A stretch of 40,725 nucleotides of DNA, from contig CALVOS010000030.1 of the NCBI GenBank assembly GCA_944350325.1, forward strand, positions 1-40,725, written 5' to 3'. Of this stretch, positions 18,869-27,001 are shown piece by piece. A model generated the notes under the pieces. It searched no databases and was not told where the DNA came from. It saw only the letters and a list, made by a program, of their open reading frames with translations. A program made the translations under genes and the position numbers. The DNA is from an uncultured Bacilli bacterium. GTDB lineage: Bacteria; Bacillota_I; Bacilli_A; RFN20; CAG-826. Numbering within the stretch: position 1 is the stretch's first letter; every line of letters begins with the position of its first letter.

Positions 18869-19774
18869 ATGAAGAAAGCGTCTCTCTCCGAATTCTGGCT
18901 CAAGTGCTTTGGGCTCCTCTTCATGACGGTCGACCACATCGGGGTCTTCCTCCAGGGCGATCCCGCCTTCGCCGACGGGAGCCTTCCCGACACCGTTGGG
19001 TTCTGGCTCCGCTGCGTCGGACGCCTGGCGATGCCCCTGTTCCTCTTCATGCTCGCGGAGGGGATGCATAAGACCCATGACCGCGAGAACTACCTGCTTC
19101 GCCTCGGAATCCTCTGGGGCGGGGTCTTTCTCGTGGAGCTAGGGCTCTACCTCATTCCCTCGACGCGCTACCTGAGCATGCCCCAGCCCTTCACGGACCT
19201 CATCCTATGCGCGCTCTTCGTCTATCTCCTGGAACGGAAGGAATGGTGGGCAAAGGCGCTCTCCGCGCTCCCCCTCGCATGGATTCTTGTCAGCTACGCG
19301 ACGGGCTTCGCGGAGGGGATGGAAGGCTATCTCGTCACGTGGACCGCCTACTTCCCGCCCTTCCTCCGGAGCTCCTATTCCCTCTACGCCCTCCTGGGCT
19401 TCCTTGCCTTCTACTACGGGCCCAAACTCGCCGATTGGATTCATGGGAAGGCTGCGATGCTCGAGGCGCAGGAAAAAGGAAGCGAGGAGGAAGGGGAAGG
19501 CGCGGACAAGGCGCCCCAGCGACTGAGGAACATGGTCTCCTCGCTCCTCTTCCTCGTCGCGGTCCTCGTCCTATGGGCAATCCACCGTCTCGCTCCGATC
19601 CCCGATCCCCTGTCGATGGGCCTCCAGACGTACGGGCTTCTCTCGCTCTTCCTCATCATTCCCTACGACGGGACCAGGGGGTACGACAAGAAGTGGTGGC
19701 GCTACTTCAACTACCTCTATTACCCCATGCATATCGCTATCCTCGCCCTCTCCTTCGGCCTTATGATCCTCTAG
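18869..19774 (+). CDS. TraX-family membrane acyltransferase-like protein
   Basis: LKCFGLLFMTVDHIG, VGRLAMPLFLFMLAEG..KT, YDGTRG...FNYLYYPMH are TraX-family hallmarks; starts 1 nt after the CPBP stop. Confidence 0.82.
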   Translation: MKKASLSEFWLKCFGLLFMTVDHIGVFLQGDPAFADGSLPDTVGFWLRCVGRLAMPLFLFMLAEGMHKTHDRENYLLRLGILWGGVFLVELGLYLIPSTRYLSMPQPFTDLILCALFVYLLERKEWWAKALSALPLAWILVSYATGFAEGMEGYLVTWTAYFPPFLRSSYSLYALLGFLAFYYGPKLADWIHGKAAMLEAQEKGSEEEGEGADKAPQRLRNMVSSLLFLVAVLVLWAIHRLAPIPDPLSMGLQTYGLLSLFLIIPYDGTRGYDKKWWRYFNYLYYPMHIAILALSFGLMIL

Positions 19775-19789
19775 CAAGGAGGAGCCAAC

Positions 19790-20095
19790 ATGATCAAGCA
19801 CATCAATACCATCCAGGAATTCCACGAGGAGATCGCCTCGGGAAAGGTCCTCGTCGACTTCTTCGCGACCTGGTGCGGACCCTGCCGCATGCTAAGCCCC
19901 CTCGTCGAGCGTCTCGCGGAAGAGCATCCCGATATCAAGGTGCTGAAGGTCGACACCGACCAGGTTCCCGCGGCGGCGAGCGAATACCAGGTCTACTCGA
20001 TCCCGACCCTCGTCCTCATCGAGGAGGGAAAGACCATCGAGCAGACGGCCGGGTACCGTCCCTACGACTCCCTGGTCCGCTTCTGCCGGCTCTAG
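19790..20095 (+). CDS. trxA: Thioredoxin
   Basis: DFFATWCGPCRM, SIPTL; SD AAGGAGG. Confidence 0.96.
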   Translation: MIKHINTIQEFHEEIASGKVLVDFFATWCGPCRMLSPLVERLAEEHPDIKVLKVDTDQVPAAASEYQVYSIPTLVLIEEGKTIEQTAGYRPYDSLVRFCRL

Positions 20096-20096
20096 G

Positions 20097-20122
20097 AAGA
20101 AGGGGTTCGCCCCTTCTTTTTT
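20097..20122 (+). terminator. Intrinsic terminator after trxA
   Basis: AAGAAGGGG-TTCG-CCCCTTCTT followed by a T run. Confidence 0.85.
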
Positions 20123-20154
20123 CATTTCTGGGCTCAATTTGCTAGGATAGCCCT

Positions 20155-20691
20155 ATGAACCTGATCCATTCCTTGCCAGCCGACAGGCAAAGTCCCGAGC
20201 GCTTCTTCGCCGCGATCGAAATCTCCGCGGGCACTTCCTCGAAGTACGAGATCGACCACGAGACCGGGGCGCTCGTCCTGGACCGGTTCCTCAGCACCTC
20301 CACCCACTACCCCCATAACTACGGCTTCATCCCGAAGACCTGGGCGGACGACGGAGACCCTCTGGACGTCCTTGTCATCTCCAGCGGGCCCATCATCCCC
20401 ATGGCCCTCGTCGAATGCCACGCCATCGGCCTCCTGGAGATGAAGGACGGAGGAAGGGTGGACGAGAAGATCATCGCGGTCCCGGAGAAGGACCCTTTCT
20501 ACGGATCCTTCCGCTCGATCGAGGAGCTCCCGAGCCATGTCGAGGAGGAGCTTCGCCATTTCTTCCAGGTCTATAAGGAGCTGGAGCACGGGAAGACCAC
20601 GATCGTCGAAGGCTACCTTGGCCCGGAAGCGGCGAAAAAGGCGATCCTTCGCGGGCTCGCCCTCTATCGGAAGGAATTCCCGGACCGCTAG
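20155..20691 (+). CDS. ppa: Inorganic pyrophosphatase, family I
   Basis: KYE, LDRFL, YPHNYGFIPKT, DGDPLDV, DEKIIAV, FFQVYKELE. Confidence 0.95.
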   Translation: MNLIHSLPADRQSPERFFAAIEISAGTSSKYEIDHETGALVLDRFLSTSTHYPHNYGFIPKTWADDGDPLDVLVISSGPIIPMALVECHAIGLLEMKDGGRVDEKIIAVPEKDPFYGSFRSIEELPSHVEEELRHFFQVYKELEHGKTTIVEGYLGPEAAKKAILRGLALYRKEFPDR

Positions 20692-21834
20692 CTATTTCCC
20701 GAAGAGCGCAAGGGCTTCCTTCATGTTCCCGGGGGCGTCCACCCCAAACGGGCACCGTTTGGCGCACATGCCGCAGGAGATGCACTCCCCGGCAAGGTGC
20801 TCAAGGGAGAGGTAGTGCTCGCGCACGGTCTCAGGAAGGCCTCCCTCGGCCTTGGCGAGGTTGAGGAACCGGGTGACCTCCGCGACCTTGATTCCCTTCG
20901 GGCAGGGTGCGCAATGGCCGCAGTACATGCAGCGTCCCCTCCAGTTCAGCCGCGGGAAGGAGCGAAGCGCGGAGGCGTAGTCCTTCTCCTCTTCCGTCGC
21001 ATCCTCAAAGGCGAGGGAATCCAGGAGCTCCTGTTCGGAATGGACGCCGCTCATGATGGAGGCGACCCCGGGCCTATCGAGGGCGTAGGCGATGCATTGG
21101 GCCGGGGTAAGCGCGACGCCGGCCGGTGACTTATCGGAAAGCAGCTCTCCCCCGCCGAAGGCCTTCATGACGTCGATCCCGATGCCCTCGCGGGCGCATG
21201 CCTCATATAGGGACTCGCGCTGCGGGTCCAGGTTCAGCAGATCGCCCTCGTACTTGGCGTGGTCGAAGAGATCCTCCACGTCCTCCGAAGGCGGCAAGAG
21301 GTCGTAGCAAGGATTTACCGAGAACATGAGCACGTCGATGAGGCCGGACCTTAGGGCGGCGAGGGCGGCCTCGGGATTATGGGAGGAAAGGCCGATCGCC
21401 CCGATTCTCCCTTCCCTCTTGAGCTTCACCGCGTAGTCGAGGACCCCGTTCGTTACGATCGTCTGCCAGGTTGCGAGGCTATCCACGTAATGGATCATCC
21501 CGATTGGGAAATAGGTGACTCCGAAATCACGGAAGTAGCAATCGAACCCCTCCATCACCTCCTGGAGGTCGCGCGCTGCCTTGTACTGCCCATCCTTCCA
21601 CACGGTGCAAAGGTGCGCCTGGACGATCACCTCTGGGTGCTCCCGGAGCACCGGGGCGATCGCGCGATGCATCTTGGGATTGGGCGAGTACATGTCGATG
21701 AAGTTGACTCCTCCCTCGATCGCCTTCCGCAGAAGGGCGCGCGCCTCCTCAGGAGGCAGCTCGTTGAAGCCTTCGCATCCAAGGCCGATTTCGCTGACGA
21801 GGAGGCCGGTCCTTCCAAGAGTCCGATATCGCAT
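20692..21834 (-). CDS. Aldo/keto reductase with C-terminal 4Fe-4S dicluster
   Basis: MRYRTLGRTGLLVSEIGLG, IGLSSH, MKAFGGG; CMYCGHCAPCP and CISCGMCAKRCP. Start chosen at 21834 (GATAAT 6 nt upstream). Confidence 0.9.
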   Translation of the reverse strand: MRYRTLGRTGLLVSEIGLGCEGFNELPPEEARALLRKAIEGGVNFIDMYSPNPKMHRAIAPVLREHPEVIVQAHLCTVWKDGQYKAARDLQEVMEGFDCYFRDFGVTYFPIGMIHYVDSLATWQTIVTNGVLDYAVKLKREGRIGAIGLSSHNPEAALAALRSGLIDVLMFSVNPCYDLLPPSEDVEDLFDHAKYEGDLLNLDPQRESLYEACAREGIGIDVMKAFGGGELLSDKSPAGVALTPAQCIAYALDRPGVASIMSGVHSEQELLDSLAFEDATEEEKDYASALRSFPRLNWRGRCMYCGHCAPCPKGIKVAEVTRFLNLAKAEGGLPETVREHYLSLEHLAGECISCGMCAKRCPFGVDAPGNMKEALALFGK

Positions 21835-21930
21835 AGCGGGATTATCGACCAGGGGAGGCATGATTTCATCCTGCCAGGAAGTTGGATTTTTCTTCTGCCC
21901 TGCCGGACTTTGTGATTAAATACGCGCGCT

Positions 21931-22007
21931 GGACCATTGGTGTAGCGGCCTAACATGCCTCCCTGTCACGGAGGAGATCACGGGTTCGAATCCCGTATGG
22001 TCCGCCA
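21931..22007 (+). tRNA. tRNA-Asp(GTC)
   Basis: Cloverleaf with acceptor GGACCAT/ATGGTCC, anticodon arm CCTCC-CTGTCAC-GGAGG, T-loop TTCGAAT and encoded CCA. Confidence 0.97.
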
Positions 22008-22009
22008 GC

Positions 22010-22083
22010 GCGGGCGTAGTTCAGTGGAAGAACACCACCCTTCCAAGGTGGCTATGCGGGTTCGATTCACGTCGCCCGCTCCA
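22010..22083 (+). tRNA. tRNA-Gly(TCC)
   Basis: Acceptor GCGGGCG/CGCCCGC, anticodon arm CCACC-CTTCCAA-GGTGG, T discriminator, CCA; T-stem carries one G-A mismatch. Confidence 0.93.
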
Positions 22084-22093
22084 GGAATCAAAG

Positions 22094-22122
22094 AAAATAC
22101 CCGGCATTCGCCGGGCATTTTT
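22094..22122. terminator. Bidirectional terminator between the tRNA pair and flavodoxin
   Basis: AAAATACCCGGC-ATTC-GCCGGGCATTTTT. Confidence 0.75.
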
Positions 22123-22134
22123 ATCAATAACGCC

Positions 22135-22671
22135 CTACTCTTCGGGAAGAGGCGCGGCAAGCGCCTCCCGGACCAGGGAAAGCAGCTCCGTTTCCTTGCT
22201 CGGGAAGTCCTTCCCGCGGGTCGAGATCCCCTTGAGGAGCCTAGCGCCCGGGAGAGCCGCCTTGAGGTGCTTCTCGGTCTGGCCGATCCCTTTACCGTCA
22301 TGGACGCAGACGGGGATCACTCTCTTGCCCTCGAAGCTATGGTGCGAGAGATAGGTGAACACGGGCATCGGGCAGCTCCCGAACCAGTTCGGATAGACGA
22401 GCAGGATGGACTTGAAGTCGATGGGGTCCATGTCGTAGAGGAGCTCCGGGAAGACCCCTTCCTCCTTGTCCTTCCTCGCCTGCGACATGCAGGCGTCATG
22501 GTCGCGGCTATAATCCCTCTCGGGAATAACCTGGAAGGTCGGCGCGTCGATCGCGGAGGCGATGCGCCTGGCGACGATCTCGGCATAGCCTTTCGTCAAG
22601 GTCCTGGGAGTGCGTTCCGGGTCATAGGTCTCCGCCCGGTGGGAGAAGAAGATCACGGCGGCGTTTGGCAT
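22135..22671 (-). CDS. Flavodoxin family protein
   Basis: IFFSH..E.Y...LTKGYAEIVA, LVYPNWFGSCPMPVFTYL, PVCVHDGKGIG; SD AAGGAGG. Confidence 0.82.
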   Translation of the reverse strand: MPNAAVIFFSHRAETYDPERTPRTLTKGYAEIVARRIASAIDAPTFQVIPERDYSRDHDACMSQARKDKEEGVFPELLYDMDPIDFKSILLVYPNWFGSCPMPVFTYLSHHSFEGKRVIPVCVHDGKGIGQTEKHLKAALPGARLLKGISTRGKDFPSKETELLSLVREALAAPLPEE

Positions 22672-22777
22672 CAGCTCGTCCTCCTTCGGGAAGGCGCTAA
22701 AGTCTTACTCTTCGCGGGAAGGATGTAAAACAGAAATTGAAGAAACGCGCGAGAACCGTCCCCCTGGGCCGCGGAAG

Positions 22778-22806
22778 TTGCCCTCCTAGCGAGCGCTCCC
22801 TAGAAT
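22778..22806 (+). promoter_or_regulatory. Sigma-A-type promoter of rdgB
   Basis: TTGCCC, 17-nt spacer, TAGAAT, 9 nt before the ATG. Confidence 0.6.
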
Positions 22807-22815
22807 CCAGACGAC

Positions 22816-23412
22816 ATGGAATTCCTTAGGAAAGAGATCGTCCTGGCGACCAACAACCCTCATAAGCTTCGCGAGTACCGGGAGATGCTGGGCCCTCTTG
22901 GCTTCATCGTCCTTTGCCCCCACGACCTCGCGATCGAATCCGACCCGGAGGAGAACGGGCGTGACTACAGGGAGAACTCCCTCATCAAGGCGCGCGCCCT
23001 CTCCGAGCTATCTAGCCTCCCCGTCCTCGCGGACGACTCGGGGCTCGAGGTCTTCTCCCTCCTGGGCTTCCCAGGCCTATTGTCGAGCCGCTTCGCCGAG
23101 AGATGCGGGAACTACCGCGAGGCCCAGTCTTCCCTGGTCAGGATGGGGAAGGATGCCGGTTCCCTCGAGGCGCGATTCGTCTGTACGATCTGCTACCTCG
23201 AGAAGAAAGGGGCGCGTCCCCTGTTCTTCGAAGGAGAATGCAGGGGCCGTCTCCTGGAAACCCCCGAAGGGACCAACGGCTTCGGCTTCGACCCGATCTT
23301 CCAGGCCGACGAAGGCGGGCTCAAGTTCGGGCTGGCGACGGAAGAGCAAAAGAACCGCGTCTCCCACCGTCAGGACGCACTCAGGAAGCTTGCCGTCTAT
23401 CTCGCGATCTAG
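22816..23412 (+). CDS. rdgB: RdgB/HAM1 non-canonical purine NTP pyrophosphatase
   Basis: LATNNPHKLRE, ENSLIKA, ADDSGL, GFGFDPIF, KNRVSHR. Confidence 0.95.
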   Translation: MEFLRKEIVLATNNPHKLREYREMLGPLGFIVLCPHDLAIESDPEENGRDYRENSLIKARALSELSSLPVLADDSGLEVFSLLGFPGLLSSRFAERCGNYREAQSSLVRMGKDAGSLEARFVCTICYLEKKGARPLFFEGECRGRLLETPEGTNGFGFDPIFQADEGGLKFGLATEEQKNRVSHRQDALRKLAVYLAI

Positions 23413-23415
23413 GGG

Positions 23416-24597
23416 CTAGTAGACGAACCACGCCTTGATGGCGCCCATCACGTGCAGGAGCTCTGCCTCCTGGCCGCGGTAGTTCGGGGCGACGTCCTTC
23501 GCCTCGATCACCGCCCCCGGAACCCCAGGAACGGAGTTATCCCCGCCCTCGACATAGTCGAAGTACTGGGCCCTCACGCCCGTCGCCCCAAGGACGGAGA
23601 TTTCCTCGCCCCCTTCGACGGATAGCGCCCAGCCATCCTCCGTACCCACGGAAAGAAGGGCCTCGGTATAGGGGACGTAGATGGTCCCGAGGCAGTTTGA
23701 GAGGGTCTCGTCCTCGTATACGTACACAGGGAAGTCCCTCGTCTCTCGCAGGTAGATCGTCTGAAGGTCCACGAAGGCAGACTGCCCCATGTTCCCGAGC
23801 CGATAGAACTCGTCGAGGTAGCGGAAGTAGAGGGGGTAGTCCTCGCTTGTGGGGTTCGCGACGTCCTCCGCGGGCAGCCCGAGGTAGAAGGACCCTTCCG
23901 GGCAGGAGGAGACGCTAGGCTCCCCCTCCCCCGAATGCCACGTGGCGGAAAGAAGGAGGGAGTCGACCGCCTTCAGCTCGACGCCGCTCGGGAGCGAGTC
24001 CACGAGGGGGCTGAAGTTATGCCCCAGGAAGGTTTCCTTCATCCCGTAGGGGGCGTAATCCTCCTTGGTCCCCTCAAGAAGGAAGGAAGAATCCCAGGCG
24101 TCCCCGTAGGAAAGCGTCATCGTGACGGGGTTCCCTTCCTCGTCCCGGACCGTCTCGCCCCGGTCGCTTTGGGAGAAGACGATCGAGAAGCTTTCCTCCC
24201 GGAAGGTCGCGTATACGTCGCAGTCGGCCCTTACGTTCGTGAGGTCGACCGCCATTCCGTCTAAGGGCAAGGATTCGGACGAAGAGAAGGAGTTGGATTC
24301 GGAATCGATGGAATAGGTACCGACCCAACTATCGAAAACCTTGTAGTTCCCCGGTGTTTCCGGTCTTTTTCCCGAACGAGACTGGTAGTCGTACTGCGTT
24401 TCGCCGACATAGCGGATCGAATCGAGCGCGTCCCGCCCCTCCACGACATAGCTGTAGGCGACGAGCTGAGGCTCTCCGGGAGTGTCGTCGAAAAACTGGA
24501 CCTTGTAGATGCCCTTGGCAAGGCTTCCTTCTTCCCCGCCCCCGCAGGAGACGAGCGCCAGGAGGGCGACAGGCAGGATATAGAGCACCTTCTTCAT
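23416..24597 (-). CDS. Putative lipoprotein, acidic and likely beta-rich
   Basis: MKKVLYILPVALLALVS-C lipobox; GATAAT 7 nt upstream of the ATG. Confidence 0.78.
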   Translation of the reverse strand: MKKVLYILPVALLALVSCGGGEEGSLAKGIYKVQFFDDTPGEPQLVAYSYVVEGRDALDSIRYVGETQYDYQSRSGKRPETPGNYKVFDSWVGTYSIDSESNSFSSSESLPLDGMAVDLTNVRADCDVYATFREESFSIVFSQSDRGETVRDEEGNPVTMTLSYGDAWDSSFLLEGTKEDYAPYGMKETFLGHNFSPLVDSLPSGVELKAVDSLLLSATWHSGEGEPSVSSCPEGSFYLGLPAEDVANPTSEDYPLYFRYLDEFYRLGNMGQSAFVDLQTIYLRETRDFPVYVYEDETLSNCLGTIYVPYTEALLSVGTEDGWALSVEGGEEISVLGATGVRAQYFDYVEGGDNSVPGVPGAVIEAKDVAPNYRGQEAELLHVMGAIKAWFVY

Positions 24598-24647
24598 GGG
24601 TCCGATTATCGCGCAAGGAGGGGCTCGCGCGTAGGGGCAAGCGCGTA

Positions 24648-24676
24648 TTGATGCCCAAAAGGGCGGGGCGTATATT
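24648..24676 (+). promoter_or_regulatory. Sigma-A-type promoter
   Basis: TTGATG, 17-nt spacer, TATATT upstream of ATG 24699. Confidence 0.6.
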
Positions 24677-24698
24677 TACCGCCGTTGGGAAAAGACCT

Positions 24699-25196
24699 AT
24701 GAAAAAGAACCAGACCACCCGTATCCTCAGCCTCATCGGCGCCCTTGGCGGGGCCATCGCCTTCTTCTGCCTGTTCGCCGCCGCCTTCACCGAGGAGGTG
24801 ATCAACGTCCGCGGCAATCTCTTCAACATCATGTTCCCGGGAACCAACAGCGGCTATGAGATCGTCATCCCGCTCGTCGTCGCGATGTCGGTCCTCTGCC
24901 TTGCCTTCCTTTCCTCCCTCGTCGCGGCCTTCCTCAACGAGAAGGCCAAGAGGATCCTCTCCATCGTCAACGCGGTCCTCTACGTGGCCGTCGCCGTCTC
25001 CTTCCTCTTCACGACGGACTTCTACCTTCTCGCGAACCCGGGGGTCTATCTCCAGGAGACCGGCAACACGAGCATCGGGGCGGGCCCCATCTGCGTCGCC
25101 GTCTTCTCCTTCCTTGCCGCCGCCTGCTCGCTCGCGATCCCCTTCCTCCGCCTCCCGGACCAGAACCCCTCCGGGAAGAGCATCCGCAAGAACTAA
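24699..25196 (+). CDS. Hypothetical 4-TM membrane protein
   Basis: MKKNQTTRILSLIGALGG...; four hydrophobic segments; own promoter and terminator; host-like codon bias. Confidence 0.78.
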   Translation: MKKNQTTRILSLIGALGGAIAFFCLFAAAFTEEVINVRGNLFNIMFPGTNSGYEIVIPLVVAMSVLCLAFLSSLVAAFLNEKAKRILSIVNAVLYVAVAVSFLFTTDFYLLANPGVYLQETGNTSIGAGPICVAVFSFLAAACSLAIPFLRLPDQNPSGKSIRKN

Positions 25197-25209
25197 GGGA
25201 CCTTGATGG

Positions 25210-25241
25210 AAAAAGGGCCGCCTTCGGGACGGCCCTTTTTT
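25210..25241. terminator. Bidirectional intrinsic terminator
   Basis: AAAAAGGGCCGCC-TTCG-GGACGGCCCTTTTTT between convergent genes. Confidence 0.88.
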
Positions 25242-25264
25242 GTCGCTCCTTCTTGGAAGATCCC

Positions 25265-27001
25265 TTATTCGAACTGGGCGCTATAGAGGCTCCGGTAGAA
25301 GCCGTTCCTCTCCATGAGCTCCCGGTGGGTGCCCTGCTCGATGATCTCCCCGTCCTTGAGGACGATGATGAGATCGCTTTCGACGATCGTGGAAAGGCGG
25401 TGGGCGACGACGATCGAGGTCTTCCCCTCCATGAGGGCCCGGAAGCTTCTCCCGAGAAGCGCCTCGGTCCTCATGTCGATGTTGCTAGTCGCCTCGTCGA
25501 GGATGACGATCTCCGGCGATAGGAGAAGGACGCGAGCGACGGAGATGAGCTGCCTCTCCCCTTTCGAAAGGGCGCTCCCCTCGCCGATGAGGGTGTCATA
25601 CCCCTTGGGCAGGCGCTCGATGAAGGAGGAGGCCTGGGCGCGCCGGGCCGCCTCCTTGACCTCCTCGAGGCTCGCCTCCGGCTTCCCGTAGGCAATGTTC
25701 TCCCTCACCGTCCCTTGGAAGATCCAAGAGTCCTGGAGGACCATCCCGACCTTCTTCCGGATGTCGCTCCTTCGGTAGGAGGTGATAGGGGAGCCATTCA
25801 GGAGGAAGGCGCCGGAATCCGGATCGTAGAAGCGAAGGATAAGGTTGATGAGGGTCGTCTTCCCGCATCCCGTCGGGCCGACGAGGGCGATCCTCTTCCC
25901 TTCCGCAGGAGCAAGGGAAAACCCGCGGATGACTTCCTTCCCCGGCACATAGGAGAAGCGGACGTCCTCGGCGGACAAGGCGCCCGCGCGCGAAAGCTCC
26001 TGGTCGCCCGTCTCCTCCTCGCGGGCGGTCCTCACGAGCGCGTCCACCCTTCTGAAGGAGGCAACCGCGTAGTCGATCTCGCTCATGACGTTGCTGATCT
26101 CGTTGAACGGGTTCATGTAGTTGCTCGCATAGGTCAGGAAGGAGGAAAGGTCCCCGACGAGGAAGGGGATGCCAAGGGGCGTCTCGAGGATGATCGTCGC
26201 GGCGCCCACGAAGATCAGGATCGCGTTGATGAGGGAGTTCACGAGCCTCGTCGCGGGATTGATGAGGCTGGCGCCCATGTTCGCGCGGAAGGCATCCTTC
26301 CTATTCTCCTCGTTGAGGCGGCTGAACTCGGCGATCCTCTCCTCCCCGAGCTCGTAGGCGCGCACGGTCTCGCTGTTCTCGAGCCCTTCGCGGGCATATC
26401 CCACGAGGGCGCTCTGGCTCCGTGCCTGCCCTTTGAAGTGCTTGCTGTTGAACTTCGATATGGCGCGGGAGACGAGGAGCGAGACCGGAGTGAGCACCAC
26501 GACGATCAGGGCCAGAAGCCAGTTCAGGGAGAACATGAAGCCCATCGTCACAAGGATCGTGACGACCCCCTCAAGGAAGGAGGCAAGTCCGGCGACGAGG
26601 CCGGTCTGGATGTTCTCCACGTCCACGAGCATCCGGTTCACGAAGTCCCCCTTGGAGGACTCGTCGATCGTGCGGATGGGGCAGAGGAGCAGGCTCTCGT
26701 AGAGGAGGGACCGCGCCTGGCGGATCACCTTCTGACCGATGAGAGAAGTCAGGTACTGAAAGAGGTAGCCGAGCAGGGTGCCGAGGACGAGGAAGATAGC
26801 CATTAGGATGAAGTGGAGGGAAAGCTCCGCCCCCGTCCCTCGCTCGAGGATCTCGTTGACCGCCTTCCCGGCGACGTAGGGGATCGCGAGCTTGCTCCCG
26901 GTGGAGACCACGACCGAGAGGATGGTCCAGAAGAGGAGGCGCTTGCTTCCCTTGAGATAAGGGATAAGGCCCTTGATCGCGCGGAAATCCAGCTTCTTCA
27001 T
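25265..27001 (-). CDS. ABC exporter half-transporter (TMD-NBD), subunit with consensus Walker B
   Basis: Six-TM region; GPTGCGKTT, degenerate signature LSKGERQ, ILDEATS, VAHRLST. Confidence 0.92.
   Translation of the reverse strand: MKKLDFRAIKGLIPYLKGSKRLLFWTILSVVVSTGSKLAIPYVAGKAVNEILERGTGAELSLHFILMAIFLVLGTLLGYLFQYLTSLIGQKVIRQARSLLYESLLLCPIRTIDESSKGDFVNRMLVDVENIQTGLVAGLASFLEGVVTILVTMGFMFSLNWLLALIVVVLTPVSLLVSRAISKFNSKHFKGQARSQSALVGYAREGLENSETVRAYELGEERIAEFSRLNEENRKDAFRANMGASLINPATRLVNSLINAILIFVGAATIILETPLGIPFLVGDLSSFLTYASNYMNPFNEISNVMSEIDYAVASFRRVDALVRTAREEETGDQELSRAGALSAEDVRFSYVPGKEVIRGFSLAPAEGKRIALVGPTGCGKTTLINLILRFYDPDSGAFLLNGSPITSYRRSDIRKKVGMVLQDSWIFQGTVRENIAYGKPEASLEEVKEAARRAQASSFIERLPKGYDTLIGEGSALSKGERQLISVARVLLLSPEIVILDEATSNIDMRTEALLGRSFRALMEGKTSIVVAHRLSTIVESDLIIVLKDGEIIEQGTHRELMERNGFYRSLYSAQFE

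Noticed and set aside
18869-19774. TraX as evidence of a conjugative element
   Set aside because: No relaxase, VirB4, coupling protein or integrase in the window; TraX-family genes often occur alone on chromosomes.
21955-22728. 257-aa plus-strand ORF
   Set aside because: It runs through two tRNA genes and antisense to flavodoxin.
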